DNA of 64,000 nt from Octopus vulgaris (Eukaryota), in the NCBI GenBank assembly GCA_951406725.2, contig OX597821.1, positions 59,458,001 to 59,522,000 on the forward strand, read 5' to 3'. A model generated the notes under the pieces. The model ran no database searches and had not been told where the DNA came from. It worked only from the letters and a program-made list of their open reading frames with translations. Shown piece by piece: positions 13,493 through 25,990 of the stretch. Positions within the stretch are counted from its first letter, which is position 1, and each line of letters starts with the position of its first letter. A program made the translations under genes and the position numbers.

Positions 13493-14120
13493 TCATCATC
13501 ATCATCATTTAATGTCCGCTTTCCAATGTTAGCATGGGTTGGACGATTTGACTGAGGACCGGCGAACCAGATGGCTGCACCAGGCTCCAATCTTGATCTG
13601 GCAGAGTTTCTACAGCTGGATGCCCTTCCTAACACCAACCACTCCGAGAGTGTAGTGGGTGCTTTTACATTCCACCGGCACAAGGGCCAGTCTGGCAGTA
13701 CTGGCAATGGCTACACTCAAATGGTGCTTTTTACGTGCCACCTGCACTAATTCTCTGTTACCTCCATTGGGTCATTGTTCTAACATCATCATCGTTTAAC
13801 ATCTGTTTTCCATGCTGGCATGGGTTGGATGGTTTGACTGGGGACTGGCAAGACACACAAGCATCGTCATCGTTTAACGTCCACTTTCCATACTGCACCA
13901 GGCTCCAATCTGATCCAGCAATGTTTCTACAGCTGGATTCCCTTTCTAATGCCAACCACTTCAAGAGTGTAGTGGGTGCTGTTTACGTGCCAGTCAGGCA
14001 GCACTGGCATTGGCTATGTTCGGATGGTGCTTTTTACGTGCTGGTGGCACGGGGAGCCAGTCAGGTGGCACTAGCAACAACCCACGCATGAATGGTGCTT
14101 ATTGCGTCCCACCAGCACAA
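13493..14120 (-). mobile_element. Repeat family C with (GAT)n tail and internal ~60-bp tandem units (others at 26223-26620, 29965-30210, 31118-31392, 54302-54660 minus; 59664-59960 plus)
   Basis: CATCATC.TTTAA.GTCCGCTTTCCA..GCATGGGTTGGA...GGCTCCAATCTGATCTGGC...GGATGCCCTTCCTAA, with repeated GTGCTTTTTACGTGCCAC.GGCAC units. Confidence 0.8.
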
Positions 14121-14692
14121 GAGTCACCATTTGGTAATTCAGAATCCTATCCTATGGTAACTCAGTTTTCACAACCTTCATGTTTTTTGATTTTTACTTC
14201 ATTGCCCCACAATATAGTTGAATTTTGAAAATTTCTTGTCCATGTGTGTACATAAAGAAACTTTAAAATATTCATTTTCAAACTGCATGTACAATGTTAG
14301 AAAAATCTTATCTCTGAGAAATATTAATTTGATCATGGTCACAAAATAATGGAATAGATTCATATGAATTCATTTTGCTAAAAATAAAAGCCAACCTATA
14401 TCAGACCTAAAAGCCAAAAAATATATATATATATATATTAATACCAATACAATGTGATAGTAGACAAGGAAAAGGCAAAACTAGAAGCATTGAACAAAGG
14501 GTAGTGAAAGACCAATTGTACTAAAAGTAGTAAGACTAGTAAAATGGAATAATTAACTGTATCTCTCTCTCTCACACACACACAAACAAACACCATTGAC
14601 TCATGTATAAGTTGCACTATTCTAAACTTGATTTTAATTGGAAAAAACAAAACCCAAAAAACTTGAGTGCAACTTATACACAAATAAATATG

Positions 14693-14740
<48 letters not shown>

Positions 14741-14741
<1 letters not shown>

Positions 14742-15215
14742 CGTAAATCCTCAAGCATAGTCCGCCCTTGAGTATAATACGCAGGGGATTTTTAGGGGGC
14801 CGTACCTCTGAAAAACCTAAACCTTGTATATAACACACACCCCTTCTCTAACTTGAGTCAAGGAGGTCTATATAACGTCCTTGGTTTGTAAAAATGTATA
14901 CGGTAATGTCCTTTATTATTATTGTATATATAACATAATGCAAACGTGTAGCATTTTTGTGCAACGTTTAATAAATGTTGCTTACTGCAAGTTATGGATG
15001 ATTCTTTTATGACTTCATTGCTTTCAGGCTTAGCTTAAGGTATTTTCGTGCCCGACATCACAAAATGCATCTGAATAAACATTGCCGGACAGCAAATAGA
15101 GACTTGAACATTGCTTAGAAAATAATTCATTTTAAACCTCATGTATAATACGCACTACAGATTTTGACCTTTAAATTTTGGGGAAAAAATGCGGATTATA
15201 CTCAAGGATTTACGG
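14741..15215. mobile_element. MITE, Tc1/mariner(pogo)-like
   Basis: TIRs CCGTAAATCCTCAAGCATAGTCCGC / GCGGATTATACTCAAGGATTTACGG, followed by TA. Confidence 0.8.
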
Positions 15216-18038
15216 TACACAATTTAAATATTCATTTATTTTAGATGAGATGAGGTGAAAAATATTTGCCATTTACAAATGCCTAATTTTTCTCATATTT
15301 ATTAGTTAGGCTAAGGGTATGCGTCAATATTGACAGGTCATTTAGATGTCAGAGTGAGATATAGCAATACATGAAACAAAGAACAATGATACAAATCACG
15401 AACAAAATACAAATAAAGCTTTGATTCCTTTCAAATGTTAAATTTTACAATCTCTAATGATACTGAATGGCAATCATACACAACATAACCAAAACAGCAT
15501 CCCAAAGGCTAGGTGCTCATACTGTACAAAGTGCGACTCACTTAAGAATTTTGTGAAACATACATAAGAAAGTAGCAGCTGCAACATATAAAAAAATCTG
15601 AATCAATAAGAGAGAATATGGAGTCACATAAACCTGTAAGAGTAAAAGATTCCTTAAATCCCACCATATAGCCTTAAAGCAAATGTACAGTGCATAATGT
15701 AGTCCTTGCTATCCTGTTCTACCTCACCTGCATTAGCAACTGCTTTTTGAAACTAGTAAGCTATATGCAGCCCAATATATCTACCTCTCCTCTTATTAAC
15801 TTTTCTGCCGCTCACCTTCACAAATACCATGCTAAACAACCTTACCTAATGATTCTCCGCAGAGCCACAGCCCTCTGGAAATCCTCTCCCCACCTGTGTT
15901 TAACTACAATAAATTTGTCAGTCAAGGTGCAACAAGAATCACCTCTATCGTTTTTATTACTATGCCAAAAAAAGAAAAAAGTTGTTAAACCAAACCTTCA
16001 AATCAATTGTCAGAAATAGCCTTTTTGTTAACTCTACCACTGTAGCCATCTTCTATCAATCCAGAACACTTCTCATCAATCCTCCTTTACATCTCATATT
16101 ATGTCCAATATTCTGGTCTTTCTAAAGCTGCTCTTTACCAGCAACTTATTCAGTTCATTTGAGTTCAATCTCGACCTGCAGATCAAAAGCTCCAACAACA
16201 AGATGATCAAATTACGTCTCAGCCTTTGCAACTCCTTTTTACTGCTCACGTTTAATGGTCAAAGTAATCCACTTCTAAATATGTACATCATACAGTTATC
16301 CTTCAAGCGTAAAAGTAATTTCCTTGTCGACAATCAGAGAAAACTTATTTTAAACTACTTCTGCTTTGAACACTGGTCATTATGTAATATTATGCAGATG
16401 TTGTGATTAGGTCACTTAGCAAAGAAAAACAGAATAGAAAGCTATGAAGTTGCACCACAGTTCACTACAGACACTTGTGGTCTGTTTTCAAGTATTATTT
16501 GGTGTGTCAATCAATATGTTGTACAGGAAGTGTTGATTCATTGACAATCTGCTACAAACCAATCACATTTTATATTCAAGTATGTTTCCAAGTTGCAATA
16601 TATTTATATATTTATGACAATATTGATTACCGTTCTCCCCAACACCACTGTATCTATGAGCTGTGTATTAAAAAATATATCTTATATGTTTCTGATAACA
16701 TATTTCCAACAATTCAAACAAAAATGTTATTTGTTCTAAACTGACCCAAATCAAAAACACTTTTCCCTGGAGGATGGGGGGGGGGGGTGAAGTTCAACAG
16801 TTTAGGTGCAAAGAGATTTGTTTCTAAAACTATGAATAAAGGTCAAAAGAAATGCAGATACACTTATCCCAAACAAACAACCTTCTCTTCTGAAATGGTA
16901 GACACCTCAACTTGAGACAAAACTTGGAAACAACAAAGCAACTAAAGAAGCAAACTATGCTTTTAATACCTTCAATATTACTGCCCACTCCTCAGTTGAG
17001 GGGCCTTGTCTTGCAAGTTATTTGGTGACCTCACTGGTGCTGGTGCAACATAAAAAAAGGCATCCAGTATACACTGTAAAGTGATTGGCATTAGGAAGAG
17101 CATCCAGCAGTAGAAACCAAACCAAAGCAGACAACAGAGTTCTATGCAGCCCTCTGGTTTGTCAGCTCCTGTCAAACTGTCCAACCCATGCCAGCATGGA
17201 AAACAAAGTGATTAGGATATATTCAAAGATTCAATTATTAATCATTTGAATAGAGACAAAGTGTTGTAGTTTTCAATGGGTCTAAATGGAAGGGTTGTAT
17301 ACTGGTGCTTCAACAAAACTCATGGTTCTCCTTGGTCTCATTTCAAGATTGCTCCCAGTCAGTTACAAACATCTTTTACACCTTTTCTCTAACGGAGAGC
17401 TACATAGAAAGCTTGGCAACTAACACTGAAGTTGTTTCCCCCACTTCCATGTTGCCAGTGCAACAACAACTTCTAAAATTTGCTTCCTGTTTTATGCAAA
17501 GAGATTTGCCATTATTTGGAACCACTGCATAAAAAAATGATACAAGCTTATTTTTAAAATGGTTGTCAAACCTCACAAAGACAAGTAGAAATTTAAGTTC
17601 TATTAGAGAAACAACTGTAAATACAAACAAACAAATATGGTGATAGAAATACATGATAGATCTGACCATACGGAGCAACTACAGATGTTGAAGGTTTAAA
17701 CAGAACCACTATTTGTGTCGAAAAAACAATTAAATCAATAAAGTATACAAGAAGTGCAGTGACATACTTGGCACACTGACAATATATCAACATTAGCTGA
17801 CTTCTAAAAGGTGCAGGTGTGGCTGTATAGTTAAGAAGCTTACTTGCAAACTACGTGGTCTTGGGTTCAGTGCTACTGTGTGGCACCTTAGGCAAATATT
17901 TTCAACTATAGCTTCAGGCTAACCAAAGCCTACAAGTGCAGGCGTGAATGTGTGGTTAAATTTGCTACCATGCCACTACATTGAACCTTGGGCAAGTGTC
18001 TTCTACTATGGCACTGGGTTGACCAAAGCCTTGTCAGT

Positions 18039-18343
18039 GGAGGCACATGGGCTAGTGGTTAGAGCAGTGGACTTGCAGTCGAGGGATTGTAGGTTCGAAT
18101 CTCAGACCAGGTGATGTGTGTGTTTATGAGCGAAACACCTAAACTCCACGCAGCTCCGGCAGAAGGTAATGGCGAACTTCTGCTGACTCTTTCGCCACAA
18201 CTTTCTCTAACTCTTTCCTCCTGCATCTTGCTGCTCACCTGCGACGGACTGGCGTCCCATCCAGGTGGGGAACCTATATGCCAAGGAAACTGGGAAACCG
18301 GCCCTAATGAGCCAGGTGAGGCTCGAGAAGGAACAAACAACAA
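18039..18343 (+). mobile_element. tRNA-headed SINE with Meta-domain-like core, nested in an older SINE, with TSD
   Basis: A/B boxes (TGGGCTAGTGG, GGTTCGAATC), core CCTGCGACGGACTGGCGTCCCATCCAGG, (AAC)n tail. TSD AAAGCCTTGTCAGT at 18025-18038 and 18344-18357. Confidence 0.85.
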
Positions 18344-21300
18344 AAAGCCTTGTCAGTGGATTTAGTAGACAGAAACTGGTCGTGTATGTGTGTGTGTATC
18401 TTTGTCTTGAAATTGTGATTGTAAACGAGCATCATTATCATCATTATTAACATCATACAAGCTATGTCATTTGTTTCCAGTCTTCTATGGATAACATGCT
18501 TGGACATGGGAAGTATTACCTTGTTTGGAAACAGGAAAGGATTGACAACAAGAAGGACCTCACACTGTTGAAAAATCTACTTTAACAAACTCTGTCTGTC
18601 CCATACAAGCAGAAAAAAGCTAATGGTAAATAACGATGATTTCAATTTATCTGTAAAAATTTATCTAAAACATGGATTTCCATAAGTAGTTGGTACGTTC
18701 CAGAACTAAAACAATGGTGTATTGCATACATCAAAGCTGTAATAAACAAAAATCTGTTACTTGCATCATTAGATGAAAATGGATAACAATGTCACAATAA
18801 GATGAGAATAGAGAATGTGGAATATGTTAAGGAATCTCAGAATGTGGAATATGTTAAGGAATCTCAACATAACTAGGAATGAATCTGTCTAAATTTTCAA
18901 AGAGAGAAAGTATTCTTATTTTGATTTACAAAGGAAATTGCTAAAAGTACAGTTGGGTTGAGAACAAATATAGAATTCTTTATGAACCATTTTAAAAGAT
19001 GTCAGACATTAAAACATCATTTGTTGATGGTGAGAGCAAAGTAGTAAAATATACAGGCACTTCTTTAGCAGTGGTAATAAGTCATTCTTGAAGTAATGTT
19101 AGTTTTTGTAAGCACCAGAGAGCACAATTGTAACCTTGATAATGATCAAAACAAAAAAGAGCTACAAGAAATACAAAAAACTACTTTAATAAAAGATTTA
19201 ATTTTATTTTAAATAAAAGGTCAAAACTGTTAATATAAAGATACGAGATTAGATAATTATTCCTTCTTAAGTACAAAGTCCACAACATAATGAGATTATA
19301 TTTTTAAAAATCATTCTAAAAATATTACTCTCTTTTACTTGTTTCAGTCATTTGACTGTGGCCATGCTGGAGCACCACTTTAGTCGAGCACATCGACCCC
19401 AGGACTTATTCTTTGGACACCTAGTACTTATTCTATCAGTCTCTTTGCCAAACTGCTAAGTTACGGGGACGTAAACACACCAGTACCAGTTGTCAAGCGA
19501 TGTTGTGGGGGGGGACGACACAAACACATACATATATACAACGGGCTTCTTTCAGTTTCTGTCTACCAAATCCACTCACAAGGCTTTGGTCGGCTCGAGG
19601 CTATAGTAGAACACTTGCCCAAGGTACCATGCAGTGGGACTGAACCCGGAACCATGTGGTTCGTAAGTAAGCTACCTACCACACAGCCACTCCTGAAACT
19701 TTTTATAAATTGTCCTTCATGAAACTCTTTCCTATAAAATTTACATTTATCAAGTTCAACTGCTTTTGAACCAAACTTAATAAATAAACAAAAATCTATT
19801 GCTTGCATATTAGATGAGAATAAATTATGTGATCTTAATCAGTTTTATAGCAAAATGATTAATATTATTATCATTGATTTGACTCAGGTTTGTTCTTAAT
19901 TCTGGTAGAATTTATATGAGTAGCAGGTTACTACCTGTGACCTTAGGTATCCACAAGCTTTTAATAGCCTTTCAAAGTGCTTAAAACCCTCTTGATAATC
20001 TTTCCTGTCCCTAACAGGCAAACTTTCTGTAGAAACTCTACAGGACATTATATTCAAATCTCCTTCAGCCATTTGTCTATAATTATTAACTATTATTATT
20101 CAACCAGGCAGAATTATTAGCATGCTGGGCAAAATGTTTAGCAACATTTCAACTGTCTTTACGTTCTGGGTTCAAATTACACTAAGGTCAACTTGGCTTT
20201 TCATCCTTTCAGGGTTGATAAAATAAGTACCAGTGAAATACTGGAGTCAATGTAATCAACTAGTCCCCACTCCCCAAATTGCTGGCCTTGTGCTTTCAGT
20301 AGAAAGGATTATTGTTGTTATTACTATTTTTGCTGCTGTTGCTGGAAACAACTTTGAGAATTTAGTAGAAAGAATAGGAAAAGTAAAATACAAATTTGGG
20401 TGTTTGTATATTCTTGATGGCATGTCTATCACTCTCCTGGTTACTAGTGACCGTTCCCTTGAGAAACAAGCTGGAAAAACCAGACTCAGACAAGCAGAGT
20501 TATATGCCTTGTTATCAAATAGCAACAAATGACTGTAGACTTATCAAACATTTGACATCGTAGACAATCGTACTGCATGTTAAACTATCAGTTGTTTAAC
20601 TTGAAGCATAACAATACGACAAAAGATATTAAAAATTCAAAACATCATTGTTTAGTTGTTTTGTTCTAAAAATATATCTTAAGTGCCACATATACAGATA
20701 ATATAGGAGTGCTTATTTGTATGTCTATACTGAATGCTAATAAAACATGCTTGAATTTTTGATTACGGGCCAACAATCAAACTACTGCAAGCATGTGAAC
20801 AGAAGCACACACAAAAGCTTTAAATAGATCAGATTGGAGAAGCAATATATTGTGTTTATTAAAGCTTGTTTTAGGTTAAGTATTATATAAATTGATTAAA
20901 ATGTAATAATACGATAACAATACAAAAACCCTGTGCTGATGCCATGTAAAAAGCACCCAGTACACTCTGTAGAGTGGTTGACATTAGAAAGGGCACCCAG
21001 CCCTGGAAACCAAGCCAAAACAGACAATTAGAGCCTTGTGTAGTTCTCTGACTTGTCAGCTCCTGTCGAGCCGTCCAACCCATGCCAGCATGGAAAATGT
21101 TCAATGATGATGATACATAATAATTTAATGTGGCTGAGAAGTTTGTTTTTTCACCATATTGCTTTGGGCAAATGTCTTTTACTATAGCCCTTAGCTGACC
21201 AAAGACTTGCAAGTTGATTTCGTAGAAGGTAACTCAAAGAAGGTGTGTGTATGTGTGTTTGTGTCTCTCCTTGTCTTGACATCCTGTGACAGTTATAAAT

Positions 21301-22349
21301 GAGTAAAAGTGTTAATTCTAAAATCTCTCTAAGAGATCAATGCAGCAGTTGTACTGACAAGTAATATTCGTAGCCACTTTCACCCATATATCACCCATAA
21401 AAAATTTCACTCTATTTAGATTAAACATTATGGTAAGCTTTCACAATCTGGAAGAGAAGGACAGTATGCAACTGTTAGCTATGGGTGTTGACTACTGAAC
21501 ATTTTGTATGCTCAGTCAGATGTTTCCTGGTGAGTTCATATTCAAACAATTCAAACAAGCAGGTTATGTGTTGCAAAAACACAACCAGGAGTATATATGG
21601 GTTAACATAACTGTCTGTTCGAGCAGACTCTACTGCAATATTTTAACCACAAGAGGACATCTCCTCTAGCTAGTAAATGATACACAGTGTCATTGTCATA
21701 CAACCAGTGTCATTTGTTTCCAATATTCTGCACAAACATGAATTATTACCTTGTTTGGAAACAGGTGAGGGGTTAGTGTCAGAAAGGGCATCAGGCTATA
21801 GATAATTTGCTTCTATAAACTTCACCCGATCCATGCAAGCATGGAAATGTGGACGTAAAAACTATGATTATGATGCTGATGCAACAAAGACAACAATCTG
21901 GAAAGTGTGCATGTCTGTTCTGAGACAGCTTCGTAAGTGACAACACTAAAATTCTAAATGCATGATGGCAAGGAAATGTATATGGTCTTGTGTGTGTGTG
22001 TATATTTGTATTGTGTGGTTAAACTTTTCACTTCATATTAGGTTGATGATAACCTCTGGGTGCCCGCTAGGGAACACTGCAATTTTCAAACTAAACATTA
22101 ATTACTAATATTTCATTTTTGTATCTAGTTTACAAGATACTTGATGTGAATTCAAAAGTTGAAACAGATTTTGTTATATTTTGGGAGAGTAATTAAGTCA
22201 GTAACAAACACACACAGTGCTTCTACTTTACTTAATTTTTTATTTGTCAATTGGTTAACCATTTAACAAATTAAATAATAGTTGTAACTCTTCTGCTTCT
22301 AAATGAGCTCAGCCTAAGTACTTGTTATATTCTTCCTTTCATCAACTTA

Positions 22350-22581
22350 AAGCAGCAAGTTGGCAGAAACGTTAGTGCACCGGGTGAAATGCTTAGCGGT
22401 ATTTCGTCTGTCATTACGTTCTGAGTTCAAATTCCACTTCGGTCGACTTTGCCTTTCATCCTTTCGGGGTCGATAAATAAAGTACGAGTTTTGCACTGGG
22501 TTCAATGTAATCAACTTAATCCCTTTGTCTGTCCTTGTTTGTCCCTTCTGTGTTTAGCACCTTGTGGGCAGTAAAGAAATA
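22350..22581 (+). mobile_element. SINE family A copy (others at ~2300-2470, 20106-20310, 37205-37408 plus; 23637-23852, 29450-29640, 31585-31808, 49490-49695 minus)
   Basis: Same head and GGTCGACTTTGCCTTTCATCCTTTCGGGGTCGATAAA core. Confidence 0.85.
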
Positions 22582-24138
22582 TATATTCTTCCTTTCATCA
22601 ACTCTGCTGCATTTTACCTTTAGAACCCTGTTCTAAAAAACTTTGATGAGTTGATTCTTTTTCCCAAACTGCAGCCTCCAGAAATTCTCTCTCAACCCAC
22701 AACTCTCCTGCAGATGTCAATCAATAGGCATTCAAACTGAACATGAACCACATCAGTCTCAACCAGTTCCAGTCATCACTTAATGTTGATTTTCCATGCT
22801 GGCATAGGTTGGATGGTTTGACAGGAGCTGGTAAGCCAGAGAGTTCAACCAGGCTTCAGTTGTTCGTTTTCAAACGGTTTCTACAGCTGGTTGCCCTTCC
22901 AAATGCCAACCACTTTACAGAGTGTACTAGGTGACTTATGTAGCATCAGCACAAGAGCATTTCACATGATGCCAGTACAGGGGTTCCTGGAATTTTGAGT
23001 TCTTCTCCCACTCACACTAAATCGCAGAAAACAACTGAAACTGGATTACAACCACTCTGTCTCTGGGTTAAATTACTTTTTAAAAAACAAGCCCCCTTTC
23101 CACCACAATAATAAAAAAAGCTAAAAATCAAACTAAAAGTCCTCTTGAAAAACAAACTGTATACAATATACTTATTTTAATGACCAGACTACATCATACC
23201 TTCCACTATTCCTCTATAGAATGTGAGGATAAATGTAATCCCATTGTCTTGCTAATGAAAGACACCTGTGCATTGAAATTCATTGCATTCTTTGTAATAT
23301 AGGTGCAGTTACAGCTGTGTGGCAAGAAGTCCACCTCACAATCACACGGTTTCGAGTTCAGTCCCACTGCATGGCGTTACAGGCAAGTGTCTTTCTACTA
23401 TAATCTTGGGCTGACCAAAGCATTGTGAGTGGATTTGGTATGTTTATATCCTAGTAACTTAGTAGTTCAACAAAAGAGACCGACAGAATAAATACAAGGC
23501 TTAAAAAAAAAGTACTAGGGTTAATTCTTCAAGGTAGTGCCCCAGCATGGTCAGTGTCTAATGACTGAAACAAGTAACAGATAAAAGGGAGCATGAAATT
23601 GGAAATAATGATTCTATAAACAAAAATAAAAACATTCTTTTCTACTCTAGACACAAGGCTTGAAATTTTGGGGAAGGGGTGTCAGTCGATTAGATTGACC
23701 CCAGTATGCAACTGGTACTTAATTTATCGACCTAGAAAGGATGAAAGCAAAGTCGACCTTGGCGGAATTTGAATTCAGAATGTAAAAGACAGACGAAATA
23801 CTGCCAAGCATTTCGCCCAGCATGCTAACGTTTCTGCCAACTCACTGCCTTCAAAATAAAGAGACATTACAAGAGTACTGAAGGAACCAAAACATAGAGG
23901 TGGATGTAGATTATGAAAATGTTATTTGGTTATAAAGTCTCAGAAAATAATCACTGTAGAAAGAAAATAGACCTGAAACACTTGAGACAATCCTTATGAT
24001 GAGATCTTTATGAAAGCAATGAGACAATCCTTATGATGAAATGATTAACAGTTGACTCTTACAATGAATCATTATTTCAAATTTCATTTTTTCCAAATGT
24101 TACATTCTTATGAAGATTTATTTATATTTTACCATTTA

Positions 24139-24466
24139 CTGCATTTGATGGCCTATAAGACACACTTTTTTTTTTACTCAAAAATGGCTTAAAACCACCC
24201 CTGCATCCAATGCACTCAATGTAGGCTCAAAACTCACGACTGTTGGCTGAAATTATACATCAGAGGTCAGGTAGATGTAGCCTAGTAGCTCAGCCTATAA
24301 CGAATGTGGATGCAATAAATTGTTTATAATTACCGGTAATAACAAAGTTTTACAGGTAAGTGGAAGAATTAAAACATTATTTTAGTGGTGATTTATTTTA
24401 CAAAAGTATAGCCAAGACTAGAATGTGTCCTATGCACTTGTGTGTCTTATAGGCCATCAAATACAG
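24139..24466. mobile_element. MITE, Tc1/mariner-like, TA target duplication
   Basis: TA-CTGCATTTGATGGCCTATAAGACACAC ... GTGTGTCTTATAGGCCATCAAATACAG-TA, 27-bp TIR with 1 mismatch. Confidence 0.85.
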
Positions 24467-25300
24467 TAAGTCAGCCATATCCAGTCCTAATATCCTACAT
24501 GTTTTATGTTCAGACTGTCCAGATCCAACCTCTTGCACCTACCCTACTATGTCATTGTCAAAATAGACAATCACATCACCAAAACCTTTAAGGTAAGGGA
24601 TAATACATCCTTTATTCAAACCTAAGGGGATAAATAAGCAGGTTAAACATATCTTTTATCTTTTACTTGTTTCAGTCATTGAACTATGGTCATGCTGGAG
24701 CACTGCCTTGTAGGGTTTAATCAAATAAATCAACCCCAGTACTTATTTTTTTTTTAAAGTCTGGCACTTATTAGAAGTCTGGTCTCTTTTGCTGAACAGT
24801 TAAGTTATGGGAATGTAAACAAACCAGCACCAGTTGTCAAGCAGCAGAGAAAGAGTACACAAGAAAGCGTGCGCGTGCACGCACACCCACACAGTGTTTC
24901 CACAGAGTTTTTGTTGACTAAATCCACTCACAAGGCATTGGTTGGCCTGGGGCTGTAGTAAAAGACACATGCTCAAGGTGCCTTGCTGTGGGACTAGACT
25001 CAAAACCACATGGTTGCAAAATGAACTTCTTACCAAAACAGCCTTGCCTGTGCCTAGAGAGGAGGAAGACCAACCGGAAAAATTTTAAAAGACGGTAACA
25101 TAACCTTCTTTGTGGCCCTTTTCTTACGAAAGTCAAAAGGACAGTGAGAGGTGAACTTGAGAAAAGTATTTTGATTTCAGCTTTGTTGTTTTACTTGTTT
25201 GTTATATATCAAATGACCATATCTGTATTTGAACAAGACCACGAACAATATCAAGTTCTTGCAACAGCTGTTTCAGGTCAATTATGAAATCTACTCATAT

Positions 25301-25990
25301 AAGCGCAGGAGTGGCTGTGCAGTTATACAGTTTGCTTCTCAACCAGATGGGTCTGAGTCCAGCCCCACGGCGTGATACCTGGGGTAAGTGCCTCTTACTA
25401 GAGCACAGAGTCAAACAAGGCTTTGTGAGTGGATTTAGTAGACAGAAACTGAAAGAAGCTTGTCATGTGTGTATGTATCTATATATGCATGTATGTAGTG
25501 TGCATGCATATGTATGTGTATGTATGCATATGTGTATGTATGTATGTGTATGTGCATGCATACATGTGTGTATGTGCATGCATACATGTGTGTACGTATG
25601 TGTGTAAGTGTGTACGTGTGCATGTATGTATGTGTGTGTGTGTGTATATGTATATATGTGTTTGTGAGTGCATGCATATTTGTGTTTCCTTGTCGTGACA
25701 TTGCATGACAGTTGTATGATTATTATGATACAAGCCATACAGTTCTATATTTAAGCAATGAAGAATTATTTACATTATTTACATTTACAAATATCCGTCA
25801 AATGTAAATAATGTAAATAAGACACAAGCCATGTCGGTCACTTCCAAATGTCCGTGAAAACACGTCTGGCTATGAGGCAAACACTATCTTGCTTAGAAAC
25901 AGGTGCAGGTTGGCAATAAAGGTATTCGACTGTTGAAAATCTGTATCAAATTCCATCTGCATGGAAAAGTGGACATTAAAACAATGACGA
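25301..25990 (+). mobile_element. Family-B head with alternative body/tail ending in ATG-type repeats (related pieces at ~11650-11880, 18390-18640, 46250-46670)
   Basis: Same tRNA-like head, expanded (TG/TA/TGCA)n middle, then CTTGCTTAGAAACAGGTG..GGTTGGC...GCATGGAAAAGTGGACATTAAA. Confidence 0.7.

Noticed and set aside
18039-18110. tRNA gene
   Set aside because: tRNA-like A/B boxes are the head of a SINE with body, tail and TSD; no complete acceptor stem.
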